A stretch of DNA of 64,000 nt from the NCBI RefSeq assembly GCF_000142905.1, contig NW_013657629.1, positions 186,001 to 250,000 of the forward strand. Direction: 5' to 3'. A program made the position numbers and the translations under genes. Every line of letters begins with the position of its first letter. Position 1 is the stretch's first letter. Below the pieces are notes generated by a model. The model was not told the DNA's origin, did no database searches, and saw only the letters and a list, made by a program, of their open reading frames with translations. The DNA comes from Thecamonas trahens ATCC 50062 (Eukaryota > Protista > Apusomonadida). Below are positions 8,856-18,897 of the stretch, one piece after another.

Positions 8856-10610
8856 CTACAAGATGGCTGGGAGGACGGCCAGAAGCGCAGTGTGCAGGCT
8901 TGTGGCAGCGAAATAGGCCATGGGGGTGAGGACCCGCTGGCAGGCAAAGGCAGCGGTGGCGCGGGCGACGCGTGCAGGCGTGGCGATAAAGACCAGACTG
9001 GAGGTGTCGAGCACTGCTGCAGTGGCGGTGTAGCCTAGCGTGATGCCCTTGAGACTCAAGCTCGTGGCGGAGACCAATGCACTGGTGATCGGGCTCGGTA
9101 GTGCAGCACTGGCAAGGCGAGCAGCTGCGGTGAGCTTGGTCACCGCCGTGGCCGCGACAGGCGCAACAACCACTTCGGCGAGAGTGGCGTAGCCCGGAAG
9201 ATAGCCTAGGATGCTGTGGAGATAAATCACGGCTCTGGTGACCGGATCAGCAAGCAGGTAGTACCCGATCGATGCGCCGAGAAAGACGTACAATGGGCCA
9301 AAGATGCCGTTCGAGGTGAGGACGCCGTAGATCGAGCAAAAGTGGCCGCCGTAGTACTGAGCAGGCGCATCAGCATTGTAGTAGGAGCAGAACCAGCAGT
9401 ATTGGGTTCGGCAGACGCCGCACGTCATGTGTGAGCATCCCCCGTCTTTGTAGACCGGCGCCTTGCATCCGGGGCAGCGACGGGTCCACACTGCCTTCCA
9501 CACATCCGACATCGATGGAAGAAGCCAGCTGGCGATCGCGGCGGCGTAGCGGACCGGGGCAAGGAGCTTGCCCGGTAGCGAGGCCTTGGAAACAGCAGTG
9601 TGCGCGGCTGCTAGCCGGCGGCCGAGGACAGCAAGCTCCGAGGCCAATATCGACTCTTCCGCGGCCGCGTGCCACGCATGGTACTGGGCGCGATCTTGCT
9701 CCGACAGCTGCGACAGCGCATATTCGCGGTCGAGCACCTGCGAGCACATCGGACACAGGAACTCGGAGTGAATGCCGAGCCGATGGATGGTCGCACTCAG
9801 CGAGAGCGAGAGGCACGGCTTGCAGCACTTGCAGGAATTCGACTCGGAGTGGCCTCCGATCTCCACCATGTCCTGCGGCTGGACTGCACCAGAGTAACAA
9901 ATGTTGCAAATGTAGGATGCGGACGCGGTATCACAGCATGATACGCAGTGGCCACAGACAAAGCCACAATTGCCGCACTCGGTGTCCGTGATGGGGATCG
10001 CACAGTTGTCGCACAGCCTGGCAGCGTTTCCACAGCACTCGGAGCATCGCCCGCAGCTCGCATCGTCGCAAACCGTGCAGGCCCATGGATCTGTTCCGGC
10101 CAGCATACAGCGACACACCTCGCAACGTCCCTCAGTGCCGGTCGATGCTGATGATGCATCCGCCCCCGCCGACGACTTCAGCTCGTTAACGAGCGCGCTC
10201 AAGATCTGATACTCTCTCAGCGGGATCACCCCGGCCACAAGCCGATCCTGGTTGTTGTCAATGGAATCCGCAGCGTCGTGCTCAGTATGCTCGCCGGCAA
10301 GGAGCTCCTCGGCATCGAGTTCGACTGCGTCTCTGGTGTCTCCTGCGCCGTGGTTGTTTGCATCGATGCTTCGACCCGCGACAGGATCGATGCTTCGACC
10401 CGCGACAGGATCGATGCTTCCACCCGCGACAGGATCGATGCTTCCACCCGCGACAGGATCGATGCTTCCACCCGCGACAGGATCGATGCTTCCATTGCCA
10501 GCAGCATCATCTGGACGGACCTCCCCGTCAGCAGCCTCCACAGCAGTCGACGACAAGCTCTCCGTCTCTACCACCAACACATTGCTCTTCCAACCCTCAA
10601 TGTCATCCAT
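8856..10610 (-). CDS. RBR-type E3 ubiquitin ligase-like protein (Cys-rich region, RING1-like, RING2/Rcat, C-terminal hydrophobic segments)
   Basis: RRCPGCKAPVYKDGGCSHMTCGVCRTQYCWFC is an RBR RING2 with the catalytic Cys. RING1-like CNICY...CKPCL...CPMC. Likely start at ATG 10610. Confidence 0.75.
   Translation of the reverse strand: MDDIEGWKSNVLVVETESLSSTAVEAADGEVRPDDAAGNGSIDPVAGGSIDPVAGGSIDPVAGGSIDPVAGRSIDPVAGRSIDANNHGAGDTRDAVELDAEELLAGEHTEHDAADSIDNNQDRLVAGVIPLREYQILSALVNELKSSAGADASSASTGTEGRCEVCRCMLAGTDPWACTVCDDASCGRCSECCGNAARLCDNCAIPITDTECGNCGFVCGHCVSCCDTASASYICNICYSGAVQPQDMVEIGGHSESNSCKCCKPCLSLSLSATIHRLGIHSEFLCPMCSQVLDREYALSQLSEQDRAQYHAWHAAAEESILASELAVLGRRLAAAHTAVSKASLPGKLLAPVRYAAAIASWLLPSMSDVWKAVWTRRCPGCKAPVYKDGGCSHMTCGVCRTQYCWFCSYYNADAPAQYYGGHFCSIYGVLTSNGIFGPLYVFLGASIGYYLLADPVTRAVIYLHSILGYLPGYATLAEVVVAPVAATAVTKLTAAARLASAALPSPITSALVSATSLSLKGITLGYTATAAVLDTSSLVFIATPARVARATAAFACQRVLTPMAYFAATSLHTALLAVLPAIL
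10363..10495. repeat. 24-bp coding minisatellite (SIDPVAG[G/R], about 5 copies) within the RBR gene
   Basis: Tandem copies of acaggatcgatgctt(c/g)(c/a)acccgcg-like unit. Confidence 0.9.
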
Positions 10611-11155
10611 GTCGGCTTTCAGCTGGGAATGCCGCTTTGTCGGATGTGTGTGAGTAGGCAACGCGGACGAGTTGCGTGTTACGCCCGAAGCTGTTTCGAC
10701 GCCTGCCGCCAATTCGGCCACGCACCCTGCCGCACATACTGCCACCCCCCCCCCCCCCCCCCACACACACACACATCGCATCCATCGAATCCATCGCATC
10801 TGTCGCACTTGTTGAGAGGATCATTGAGCATCGGCCGTACTTGACGTCTTTCTCCCCATGTCCGTCCACCCGGGAGATCACCCGCACTGCCACCACCACC
10901 ACCACCACCGCCACCACCGCCACCACCGCCACCACCGCCACTGCCACTGCCAGTGCCATCGACCAACCACTCCTTCGGCATCCCCATAGCGCCATACTCC
11001 ATCCGATCGGTGGCTATCCCCGTCCCGTCCCCTCGATCTCGATCTCCCTGGCAGAGACAGATCCCTTGACGGACTCTGCTCCTGCTCCCTGTCCCCAGAC
11101 ACATCACCACCTCCACCACCACCACCACCACCTTTCTCTCCCTCTCTCTCTCGTG

Positions 11156-11929
11156 ATGGCTGTTGCTGCAGCACGGTGTGTGGTGGCTGCGGCTGCGGCC
11201 ATGGGCCCTACACGCGGACGGGTGCGGTTGCGGTCGCCGACCGAGGTCATGGTGAGCAACGTCGAGGCAGCCAATGCCATGTCGCCGACCATGATGCTGG
11301 ACTTTGCGGATGTGGTGACGGAGCTGGAAGGGTATGCCGAGGATGCCCAAGGTCTGGTTGATCCGCTCATTATCCGCGGAGATCCCAAGGGCCGCGTCTT
11401 TTGCGCTGGCGCAGACGTCAAGGCCTGCGCGCCGCTGCTGGCCGACGCCGACGGTCGGATGGCCATGGCCACACTGATGCACGACACGCTCTCGCGGCTG
11501 CATGCTCTTCCGCTGTTGGTGGTGGCTGCCATCGATGGCGGCGCCTTTGGCGGAGGTGCCGAGCTGGCCACTGCGGCCGATGTGAGGGTCCTCGCAGCCG
11601 ACGCCCGCATTGTCTTTGTCCATGCCACCCGCGGGATGAGCCCGGGATGGGGCGGTGCCGCACGGCTCAAGCGCCTTCTTCCACCCGAAGCCGCCATGCG
11701 GCTCATCCTCACGGCAACGCCGATCACGCCTGACTCTCCGTGGGCGCCGTGGCTGGTCGACTGCGTGGCACAGGCTGACGATGCGTCGGCCGTCGACGCC
11801 GCCGCCTCGTGGCTGGCCGCCAACCCACAGCTCGCCGACGCCGGCGTTGTGGCCAAGTTTAAGAAGCTCTTTCGCGCCGAGGAGCTCGCGCGGGAGTTGG
11901 CGACTGAAGCCACAGTCTTTGCGTCGTAG
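11156..11929 (+). CDS. ECHDC1: Crotonase-fold enzyme, ethylmalonyl-CoA decarboxylase (ECHDC1)-like
   Basis: NAMSPTMM, FCAGAD, LMHDTLSRLHALPLLVVAAIDGGAFGGGAELATAADVR, FVHATRGMSPGWGG. FVH and PxWGG are typical of ECHDC1. Confidence 0.78.
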   Translation: MAVAAARCVVAAAAAMGPTRGRVRLRSPTEVMVSNVEAANAMSPTMMLDFADVVTELEGYAEDAQGLVDPLIIRGDPKGRVFCAGADVKACAPLLADADGRMAMATLMHDTLSRLHALPLLVVAAIDGGAFGGGAELATAADVRVLAADARIVFVHATRGMSPGWGGAARLKRLLPPEAAMRLILTATPITPDSPWAPWLVDCVAQADDASAVDAAASWLAANPQLADAGVVAKFKKLFRAEELARELATEATVFAS

Positions 11930-11933
11930 TCGT

Positions 11934-14222
11934 TTACGCTGCCGTCTGCGGCGCCTTGGTCCTCCGGATCTTGTCCATGATGGCGTGCGAGAGCCGCATG
12001 CGCGCGGCCACGTCCTTGTGGGCAAAGGTGAGGGCGAGAATGTCCGAGCCGAGGTCCGGGTCGGCGAGAGCGACGGTGGCATAGCGGACGGCGCGCTTGA
12101 GGACGGCAACCGCAAAGCCCGGTACGGCATGCCCGCTCTTGGCGAGGTGGACAACTTGGTGCAGGAGTGCAAAGGCGTGCTTGCGGTGGCCGTGGCGGAG
12201 CGCAGCAGTGACAACTTGTGAGACCAGGAGCGAGGATGGCGGCGAGCCCGAGGCCAAAGCCCGCGAGAGGTACAGCTGCAGGATTTCGTCGGCCAGCTGT
12301 GGCGCGTTGCCAGTCTCGCGAAGGAGCCGTGTGAGGTACCAGATCTGCGCCTCGGCCGAGAGCGGGCCTGAGGCCGCAACCGACTTGACGACGTCGACGA
12401 GCCGGGTGGCTGCGGCTGCGGCGTCATCAACGGCGATGGCCAACCCGCCGCTGCCGGTCAACTTGGCGCAGCGCGGCAGCGAGTCAAGAGCGCTTAGAAC
12501 CTTGGCACGTTCGTCCTCGTCAACGTGGTAGACGTCCAGCTCGTTGAGCTCGTCGAGCGCCTCGGGCGAGAACATAACCTCGGGCGAGAGGTTGAGCAAA
12601 TGGAAGACGGGGCGGACCGCGCGCTGGACCAGTAGCGCGTCGGTCGCGGTCCCGATCGGGTCGGCCAGCCACGGCCGCTGCGCGCTTGCCTCGACCGAAA
12701 GCTGCTGCACCACCGCCGTTGCCGCGTCAGTCGCCGAGCAGCTTGCAAGAGCATAGACGATACCAGCGTTGGCGGCGGGGAGGCGGGCAATGTGCGCACC
12801 GCGAGCTTCGGCAGCCGCAGTTCGCATCTGCTCAAAGTGGCCGAGAACAAAGCCCGAGAGCCGATCCGGCGACCGAGCCTGGCTTGCTACAACCGACGCA
12901 AGAAGCGCGGCGCGGGCCGCGGGTGCGGCCGCAGCCTCGTCACTTTGCAGTAGCCGGTGCAGCAGCCCCTCCTGGTCGTTGTAGTGGGTAAAAGTACCGA
13001 GCGCCTCGAGCCGCGCAGCATGGAGTGCCACGTGAGCGGGTGAGTCGAGGGCGTCAGCAAGGTTCGAGCCACGGATTCGAGTCTCGAGCTTCTCAAAGGC
13101 GGCAACTTTGCGACCCTTGGTGTAGGTAGCGCGGACAAGCGCTTCATGGACGGCCGCATCAACGGGTGCAGTGTCGCCGACGTCGAGGACACGTGGGAGG
13201 CGGGCAGTAACGCCGTCACGGGCACAGGCACGGGCGTAGGCGAGCGCAACTTTGGGCGACGGCGACGCGCCGGCGTCGAGCAGCTGGTTGAGATGGGTCC
13301 CGAGCGTGCGTGCCGGCTCGGAGTGCGCACGAAGCGCAAAGAGCGCGGCCCATGCGGTGTCGGTCAGCGGGACTGCGAGCCGATCTAGCGCCCGGTACGT
13401 CTTCTCGGCGAGATCGCGGGCAGGGCCGGCAGCAGACGAAGCGCCCCGTACCGCTGCAGCCAGCTCGACGAGGACCAGCTCAACCGCCCGCGGTGACGGC
13501 ACAATCAGCAGAGCGCCAGGCACGTCGTTGAGGAGGGTGGCGTGGACGCGGGCGAGGGCGTCGACGGTGGCGTCTGGGCTGAGCGCCCCGGCGCGACGGG
13601 CCGACGCCACCAGACTCACCACATGTGAGTGGATGTGCACGCCCTGGACCCGAGCATAGTTGGCAGCATCTGCCGCCGCCGCCAGCTCTGCTGACGGAGC
13701 CGATCGCATGCTCGAACTGCCCGACAGTACGGCATGAACCATGGTCTGCAGAGCCGGGCGGAGATGAGCCAGAGCAGACCACGCCGACTCGAGAGCGGCA
13801 TCGGCGAGGTCGGCGACACCGTCCTGGGGCACTTTGGCCCACGCCCAGCTTCCAGCGCACTTGGCAAGGGCGGCGATGGTGACCCGCCCGAGCCTGATGG
13901 TCGCCAGCGGCGAGTCGGTGGCGCCGGACCTCGCCACGGCCGACTCGCCGACCGCTGCCATGGCCAACACATCCTCGGGCGAGACTGCAGCCTTGGCCAT
14001 CCCATCTAGCTTTCGACCCAATCTCCGCGCTGCCGCTGCCACCCGTCGCCGCGTCGCACCGCCACCATGACTCTGGTGGTCTGTCGCGTCCCTCGTCGCC
14101 GCCGCTCGCCGCGCCCGCTGACGGGCCCGTCCGGCCTGCCACACCGAAGCCATAGAGGTGGCTCGAGCTAGGGATGACACATGTCTCTGTACGAGTGAGA
14201 GACCCGTGGAGAGGCGGAGCAT
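11934..14222 (-). CDS. Putative mitochondrial helical-repeat protein (degenerate PPR-like)
   Basis: Presequence-like N-terminus ([23 protein letters not shown], rich in R/S/L, no acidic residues). PPR-like segments [27 protein letters not shown] and [35 protein letters not shown]. Confidence 0.5.
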   Translation of the reverse strand: MLRLSTGLSLVQRHVSSLARATSMASVWQAGRARQRARRAAATRDATDHQSHGGGATRRRVAAAARRLGRKLDGMAKAAVSPEDVLAMAAVGESAVARSGATDSPLATIRLGRVTIAALAKCAGSWAWAKVPQDGVADLADAALESAWSALAHLRPALQTMVHAVLSGSSSMRSAPSAELAAAADAANYARVQGVHIHSHVVSLVASARRAGALSPDATVDALARVHATLLNDVPGALLIVPSPRAVELVLVELAAAVRGASSAAGPARDLAEKTYRALDRLAVPLTDTAWAALFALRAHSEPARTLGTHLNQLLDAGASPSPKVALAYARACARDGVTARLPRVLDVGDTAPVDAAVHEALVRATYTKGRKVAAFEKLETRIRGSNLADALDSPAHVALHAARLEALGTFTHYNDQEGLLHRLLQSDEAAAAPAARAALLASVVASQARSPDRLSGFVLGHFEQMRTAAAEARGAHIARLPAANAGIVYALASCSATDAATAVVQQLSVEASAQRPWLADPIGTATDALLVQRAVRPVFHLLNLSPEVMFSPEALDELNELDVYHVDEDERAKVLSALDSLPRCAKLTGSGGLAIAVDDAAAAATRLVDVVKSVAASGPLSAEAQIWYLTRLLRETGNAPQLADEILQLYLSRALASGSPPSSLLVSQVVTAALRHGHRKHAFALLHQVVHLAKSGHAVPGFAVAVLKRAVRYATVALADPDLGSDILALTFAHKDVAARMRLSHAIMDKIRRTKAPQTAA

Positions 14223-14318
14223 GTGGGAGAGAGAGTGGAGTGGGTGGAGTGGGTGAGGGGAGGGAGGGGGAGCAATCGGTGGAGGTGGGGTGGGATAAAG
14301 GGGGGGGGGGGGGGGGTT

Positions 14319-14465
14319 ATGGCCATGATGCGGTCTATGATGACCATGATGCGGTCTATGATGTCCATGATGCTGCCTATGATGGCCATGATGCGGCCTA
14401 TGATGGCCATGATACTGCCCGCGATGGCCATGATACTGCCCGCGATGGCCATGATGCTAGCCATG
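14319..14465. repeat. 21-bp minisatellite (about 7 copies) in the divergent intergenic region
   Basis: Tandem variants of atggccatgatgcggcctatg. Confidence 0.85.
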
Positions 14466-14708
14466 AACGGCATTGGCCCATACAACTGCTTCTCAACCAA
14501 GCCCCCCCCTCAAGGTTGCTCTACGTGTTCAATCGTTCTCCACCGATATGCCCCTCCCCCTCCCTCCCTGGCCTTGGTCAGCAGACAAACGACGCGTCCC
14601 ATCTTCGCCGTGACGACGACCAGCATGCCGACAGCGACCTCTGCCACCCCCCCCCCCCCCCCCCCTCCCTTCTCTCACCACTCAACTTTGTTGCAGGGCA
14701 TAGTCAGT

Positions 14709-16039
14709 ATGCTTGGCCTGGGAGTGACACGGAATGTTGTGCAGCATGCAGTGCGTGCGGGTGCGGTTGCTGGAGGCGCGGTGAGGTGGGCGACGGCGAC
14801 GGCGGCTCGGGAAGGTACGGCGACCGAGCCCAAGCCGGTCTACCTCGACTACGCTGCAACGACACCGATGGACCCACGGGTGCTCGACGCCATGCTCCCG
14901 CACATGGTGGAGAACTTTGGCAACTCGGGCTCGCGGACTCATGCCTATGGCTGGGAGTCGGAGGATGCTGTGGAGGAGGCCCGGGCTTCGGTGGCTGAGC
15001 TCATCGGTGCCTCGCCCAAGGACATTGTGTTTACCTCGGGCGCTACCGAGTCGAACAACATCGCTGTCAAGGGCGTCCCGCGCTTCTACTCGCGCTCGAA
15101 GAAGCACGTCATCACCACTCAGATCGAGCACAAGTGCGTGCTCGACTCGTGCCGCGCCCTCGAGCGTGAGGGCTTTGACGTCACCTACCTCCCCGTCCAG
15201 ACGAACGGCCTCATCGACATGGCCGAGCTCGAGGCATCCATCCGCGACGACACGGCTCTCATCTCCATCATGGCTGTGAACAACGAGATCGGCGTGACCC
15301 AGCCCATTGCCGACATCGGCGCCCTCGCCAAGTCGCGCAAGGTCTTCTTCCACACCGACGCTGCGCAGATGTTCGGCAAGATGCCCATCAACGTCGACGA
15401 CATGAACATCGACCTGCTCTCCATCTCGAGCCACAAGATCTACGGGCCCAAGGGTGTGGGTGCACTGTACGTCCGCCGCCGCCCGCGTGTCCGCCTCGAC
15501 CCGGTCTTCTCAGGCGGCGGACAGGAGCGCGGCATCCGCTCTGGCACCTCCCCACCGATCTGGTGGTCGGCCTCGGCGCGGCAGCCAAGGTGGCGTCCGA
15601 GGAGATGGCTTACGACTCGGCCCATGTGGCCGCGCTCTCGGAGCGGCTCACCCGCGGCATCCTCGATGCCATTCCCGAGGTCGAGATCAACGGCGACCCC
15701 GTGGCGCGGTACCCCGGCCTGATGAACTACTCGTTTGCCTACGTTGAGGGCGAGTCGCTCCTCATGGCGCTCAAGGACATCGCCATCTCGTCCGGCTCGG
15801 CGTGCACCTCGGCCTCGCTCGAGCCGTCGTACGTTCTCCGCTCGCTGCAGGTCTCGGAGGACCTTGCCCACTCCTCGCTCCGCGTCTCGCTCTCGCGCTT
15901 CTCCACTGTCGAGGAGGTCGACCACACCATCGCCCTCCTCAAGGGCGCCGTCGAGCGCCTCCGCGACATGTCGCCGCTGTGGGAGCTGGTCCAGGAGGGC
16001 GTCGACCTCTCGACCATCAAGTGGACCGCCGACCACTAA
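14709..16039 (+). CDS. NFS1: Mitochondrial cysteine desulfurase NFS1 (apparent 1-base frameshift near 15548)
   Basis: [61 protein letters not shown]; after the shift, [17 protein letters not shown] and LRDMSPLWE. Confidence 0.95.
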
Positions 16040-16161
16040 ACTGATTCAGCCAGACAGACCACTGCTTGCTTGCCGCCGCCCAGTACATACGCAGTTGCGG
16101 TGAGTGCGGCTGCGGCTTGCGGGTGCGGTTTGGACCACTTCTCCCGCACCGGTTGTCAGCC

Positions 16162-18890
16162 ATGAGCAACACGACCATTGGCTTGGTGGACCCCAAACTG
16201 GAGGTACGTAGGCACCCGTGGAGTAAAAGGCACTACATATTAAGGAAGTTACCGTGCCTTGGAGAGGCGGCATGTGTGGCTCTTTCCCTGTGCGTGGCTC
16301 CCCAAGTGTCTCCTCCTGTGCGTGTGTGTGTGTGTATGTATCCAGTTGCGGTGGATCAAATGCACGTTTGGCATTTGCTGCGACGTTTGTGACCAGTTGT
16401 CTTGACCAGATGGTGACTAGCTGGGCACTTGGCCTCGGCAGACTCACGGATACTAATGTCGTCCTGTGCTCTGGGTACCATGGTGTAGGACACGTCGGTG
16501 GCGGCGTTTATCTCGTCGTTGACGCTCAATGGTAGTGTGGCGGTGATCTGCCTCATTGCCTTCTCGGTGGTACGGAAAAAGTTCCCCACGGTGTATGATC
16601 CGCGGCGACGGCTCCTTGGCGTTGACCCCAACGTTTTGGCGGCCACGCCTCCGCTGACCGAATCGCTCTTTGGGTGGATCTTCCAGGTCCTGCGGATGGA
16701 AGACTCGGTCATGCTCGAGTCGGTCGGCCTCGACGGCGTGATGTACATCAAGTTTTTGGAGACGGCGACCAAGTTCTTCTGCGCAGCGTGCGTGGTCGGG
16801 CTCGGCATTCTCATGCCGATCAACTTTTCGGCTGACCCGCCCGAGGACAAAAAGCAGCAGGGCCTGGACAAGGCGTCGATGGCCAACGTCGATCCGAACC
16901 AGAAGAACCTGCTGTGGGCGCACACGCTTGCGGTTTGGTTCTTCACGCTCCTGCTCTTCTACTTTCTCAACAAGATGTACAAGTTCTACTACGCGCAGCG
17001 GATCAAGTTTCTGGTGGCACGGCGACCTGAGTGGTACTCTGTGCTGGTGCAAGATGTGCCCGAGAACAAGCGCGATGCAGCGAGTCTCGAGGCCTTCTTC
17101 CGCAAGCGGTACGGCGACGAGGTGTACTCGGTCATGATGGCACACGAGACGACCGCACTCGACAAGCTGGTGAAGGAGCGCGAAGAGGTGGTGCGCAAGC
17201 TCGAGAACGCGCACTTTACCCACCTCAAAAAGGAGGAGCGGCCACAGCACCGCCAGATGGGTGGGATTCTGGGTAAGATCTGCTGCTGCTGCGGCTCCAA
17301 GGTCGACTCGATTGATTACTACACCGAGGAGCTGGAGCGGCTGAACGCAGAGATTTTGGAGGAGCAGGCTGCCGAGCACAAGGTTACGCCTTCAGGCTTT
17401 GTTTCGTTCCGATCGCTGTCTGCGGCGGTGTCTGCGGTGCAAACGCTGCAGACGGAGGACCCGATGCACTGGACACTGGAGCGCGCACCCGCGCCCATCG
17501 ACGTCTACTGGCCCAGCCTGGGTATGGACGGGCGGAAGCGCAAGGCGCAGGGCCTGATCATTTCGGTCCTCGTCTTTTTCCTGGTGGTCTTTTGGGCCAT
17601 TCCGGTGTCTGCGCTGGCGGTGATGGCCAACTTTAACAAGTTGGCCGAGACGTTCCCGGTCCTCGAGCCGGTCATCACGTTTAGCCCTGCGCTCATTGGG
17701 TTTGTGCAGGCGCTTGTGCCGACGATCCTGCTGTTGGTCTTTATGAGCTTGCTGCCAAAGATTCTGTTGACGTTCGGCAAGAAGGAGGGCATCGCGTCCA
17801 ACGCCGAGCTGCAAAAGTCGGTCATGATCCGGTTCTTCACCTTTCAGCTCTTCAATGTGCTCCTTGTGGTGACGCTCGCTGGCTCGTTCCTTGGCGTGGC
17901 GTCTGAGCTCGCCGAGGGCCCATTCACGGTCATCTCGCTGCTGGGGTCGTCGATTCCGGCCGTGGCCAACTTTTACGTGGCGTACGTGCTGCTCCAAGCA
18001 CTGTCGGGCTTCCCACTTGAGCTGCTGCGGCCTGTGCCACTCATTCTCGGCGAGCTGAAGCGGCGACGGGCACTGACGGCGTACCAGGAGCGGTCTGCGT
18101 GGCACCCTGGTGAGCTTTTCTACGGCGGCGAGATTGCGAAGCATCTTGTTGTCTTCTACATTGGGATCATTTTCTCGTTTATCGCGCCTGTGGTCCTCCC
18201 CGTCACGGCACTGTACTTTGGGCTCGGTCTACTCGTGCGTCGCCATCATGTGGCTTACGTGTATGTGGCGCCGTTCGAGGCCGGCGGCTCGTTCTGGCCG
18301 CGGATGTTCAACCGGATTCTTGCGGGCGCGGTCATGTCGCAGCTGACGGCAATGGGCATCCTCTCCATCAAGGAGTCGCCGCTCGGCTCGCTCATCATCC
18401 CGCTCCCGATCATGACGCTCATCTTTGCGCGGTACGCGCGGCGGGCGTATGAAACGCCGACCCAATTTGCGCCGCTCGGCATCACAGCTGACGTCGACAA
18501 CGGAATCGATGCGGTCTCGGAGTCGACTGGGCTCGTTGTGGCTACCCCCGACCGGACCAAGGACCTGCTTGACTTTACGTTCCTGGACAACCAGTACGTG
18601 CAGCCGTCGGTCAACGCGCCTCCAGTGCCACCGTCGATCATCGGCGACGAGGCTGCTGTCGACGAGCTCCTCAAACCACACTTTGGGTGCAGGACGGCGG
18701 CGAAGGCGGCGCTGGCGCAAGCGATGGCGCAGGCAGCGTTGCGGCCGATGCTGGCGCGCCACCTCGTACCACCGGTGCGGGCAACGCGAACCACATCACT
18801 CTCGACAGGTCGGCGCCGGTGGTCGTTGCAGAGTCGTCGAGCTCGGGCGAGTCGGTCTCGTCCACGTCGTCGTCTTCGGTGGCGTCGTGA
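16162..18890 (+). CDS. OSCA/TMEM63 (CSC1/ERD4) calcium-permeable mechanosensitive channel; exon 1 16162-16203, exon 2 from 16489
   Basis: VGLDGVMYIKFL, YSVLVQDVP, KVDSIDYYTEE, ERAPAPIDVYWPSL, FFTFQLFNVLLV, FEAGGSFWP, and multiple TM helices. Phase-0 intron GTACGT...ACTAAT...TAG. C-terminus probably shifts into the 18687-18890 frame. Confidence 0.92.
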
Positions 18891-18897
18891 GCAGCGC

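Noticed and set aside
14223-14708. Met-rich N-terminal extension of NFS1
   Set aside because: Translation of the poly-G tract, 21-bp repeat and poly-C tract; ATG 14709 already gives a plausible mitochondrial presequence
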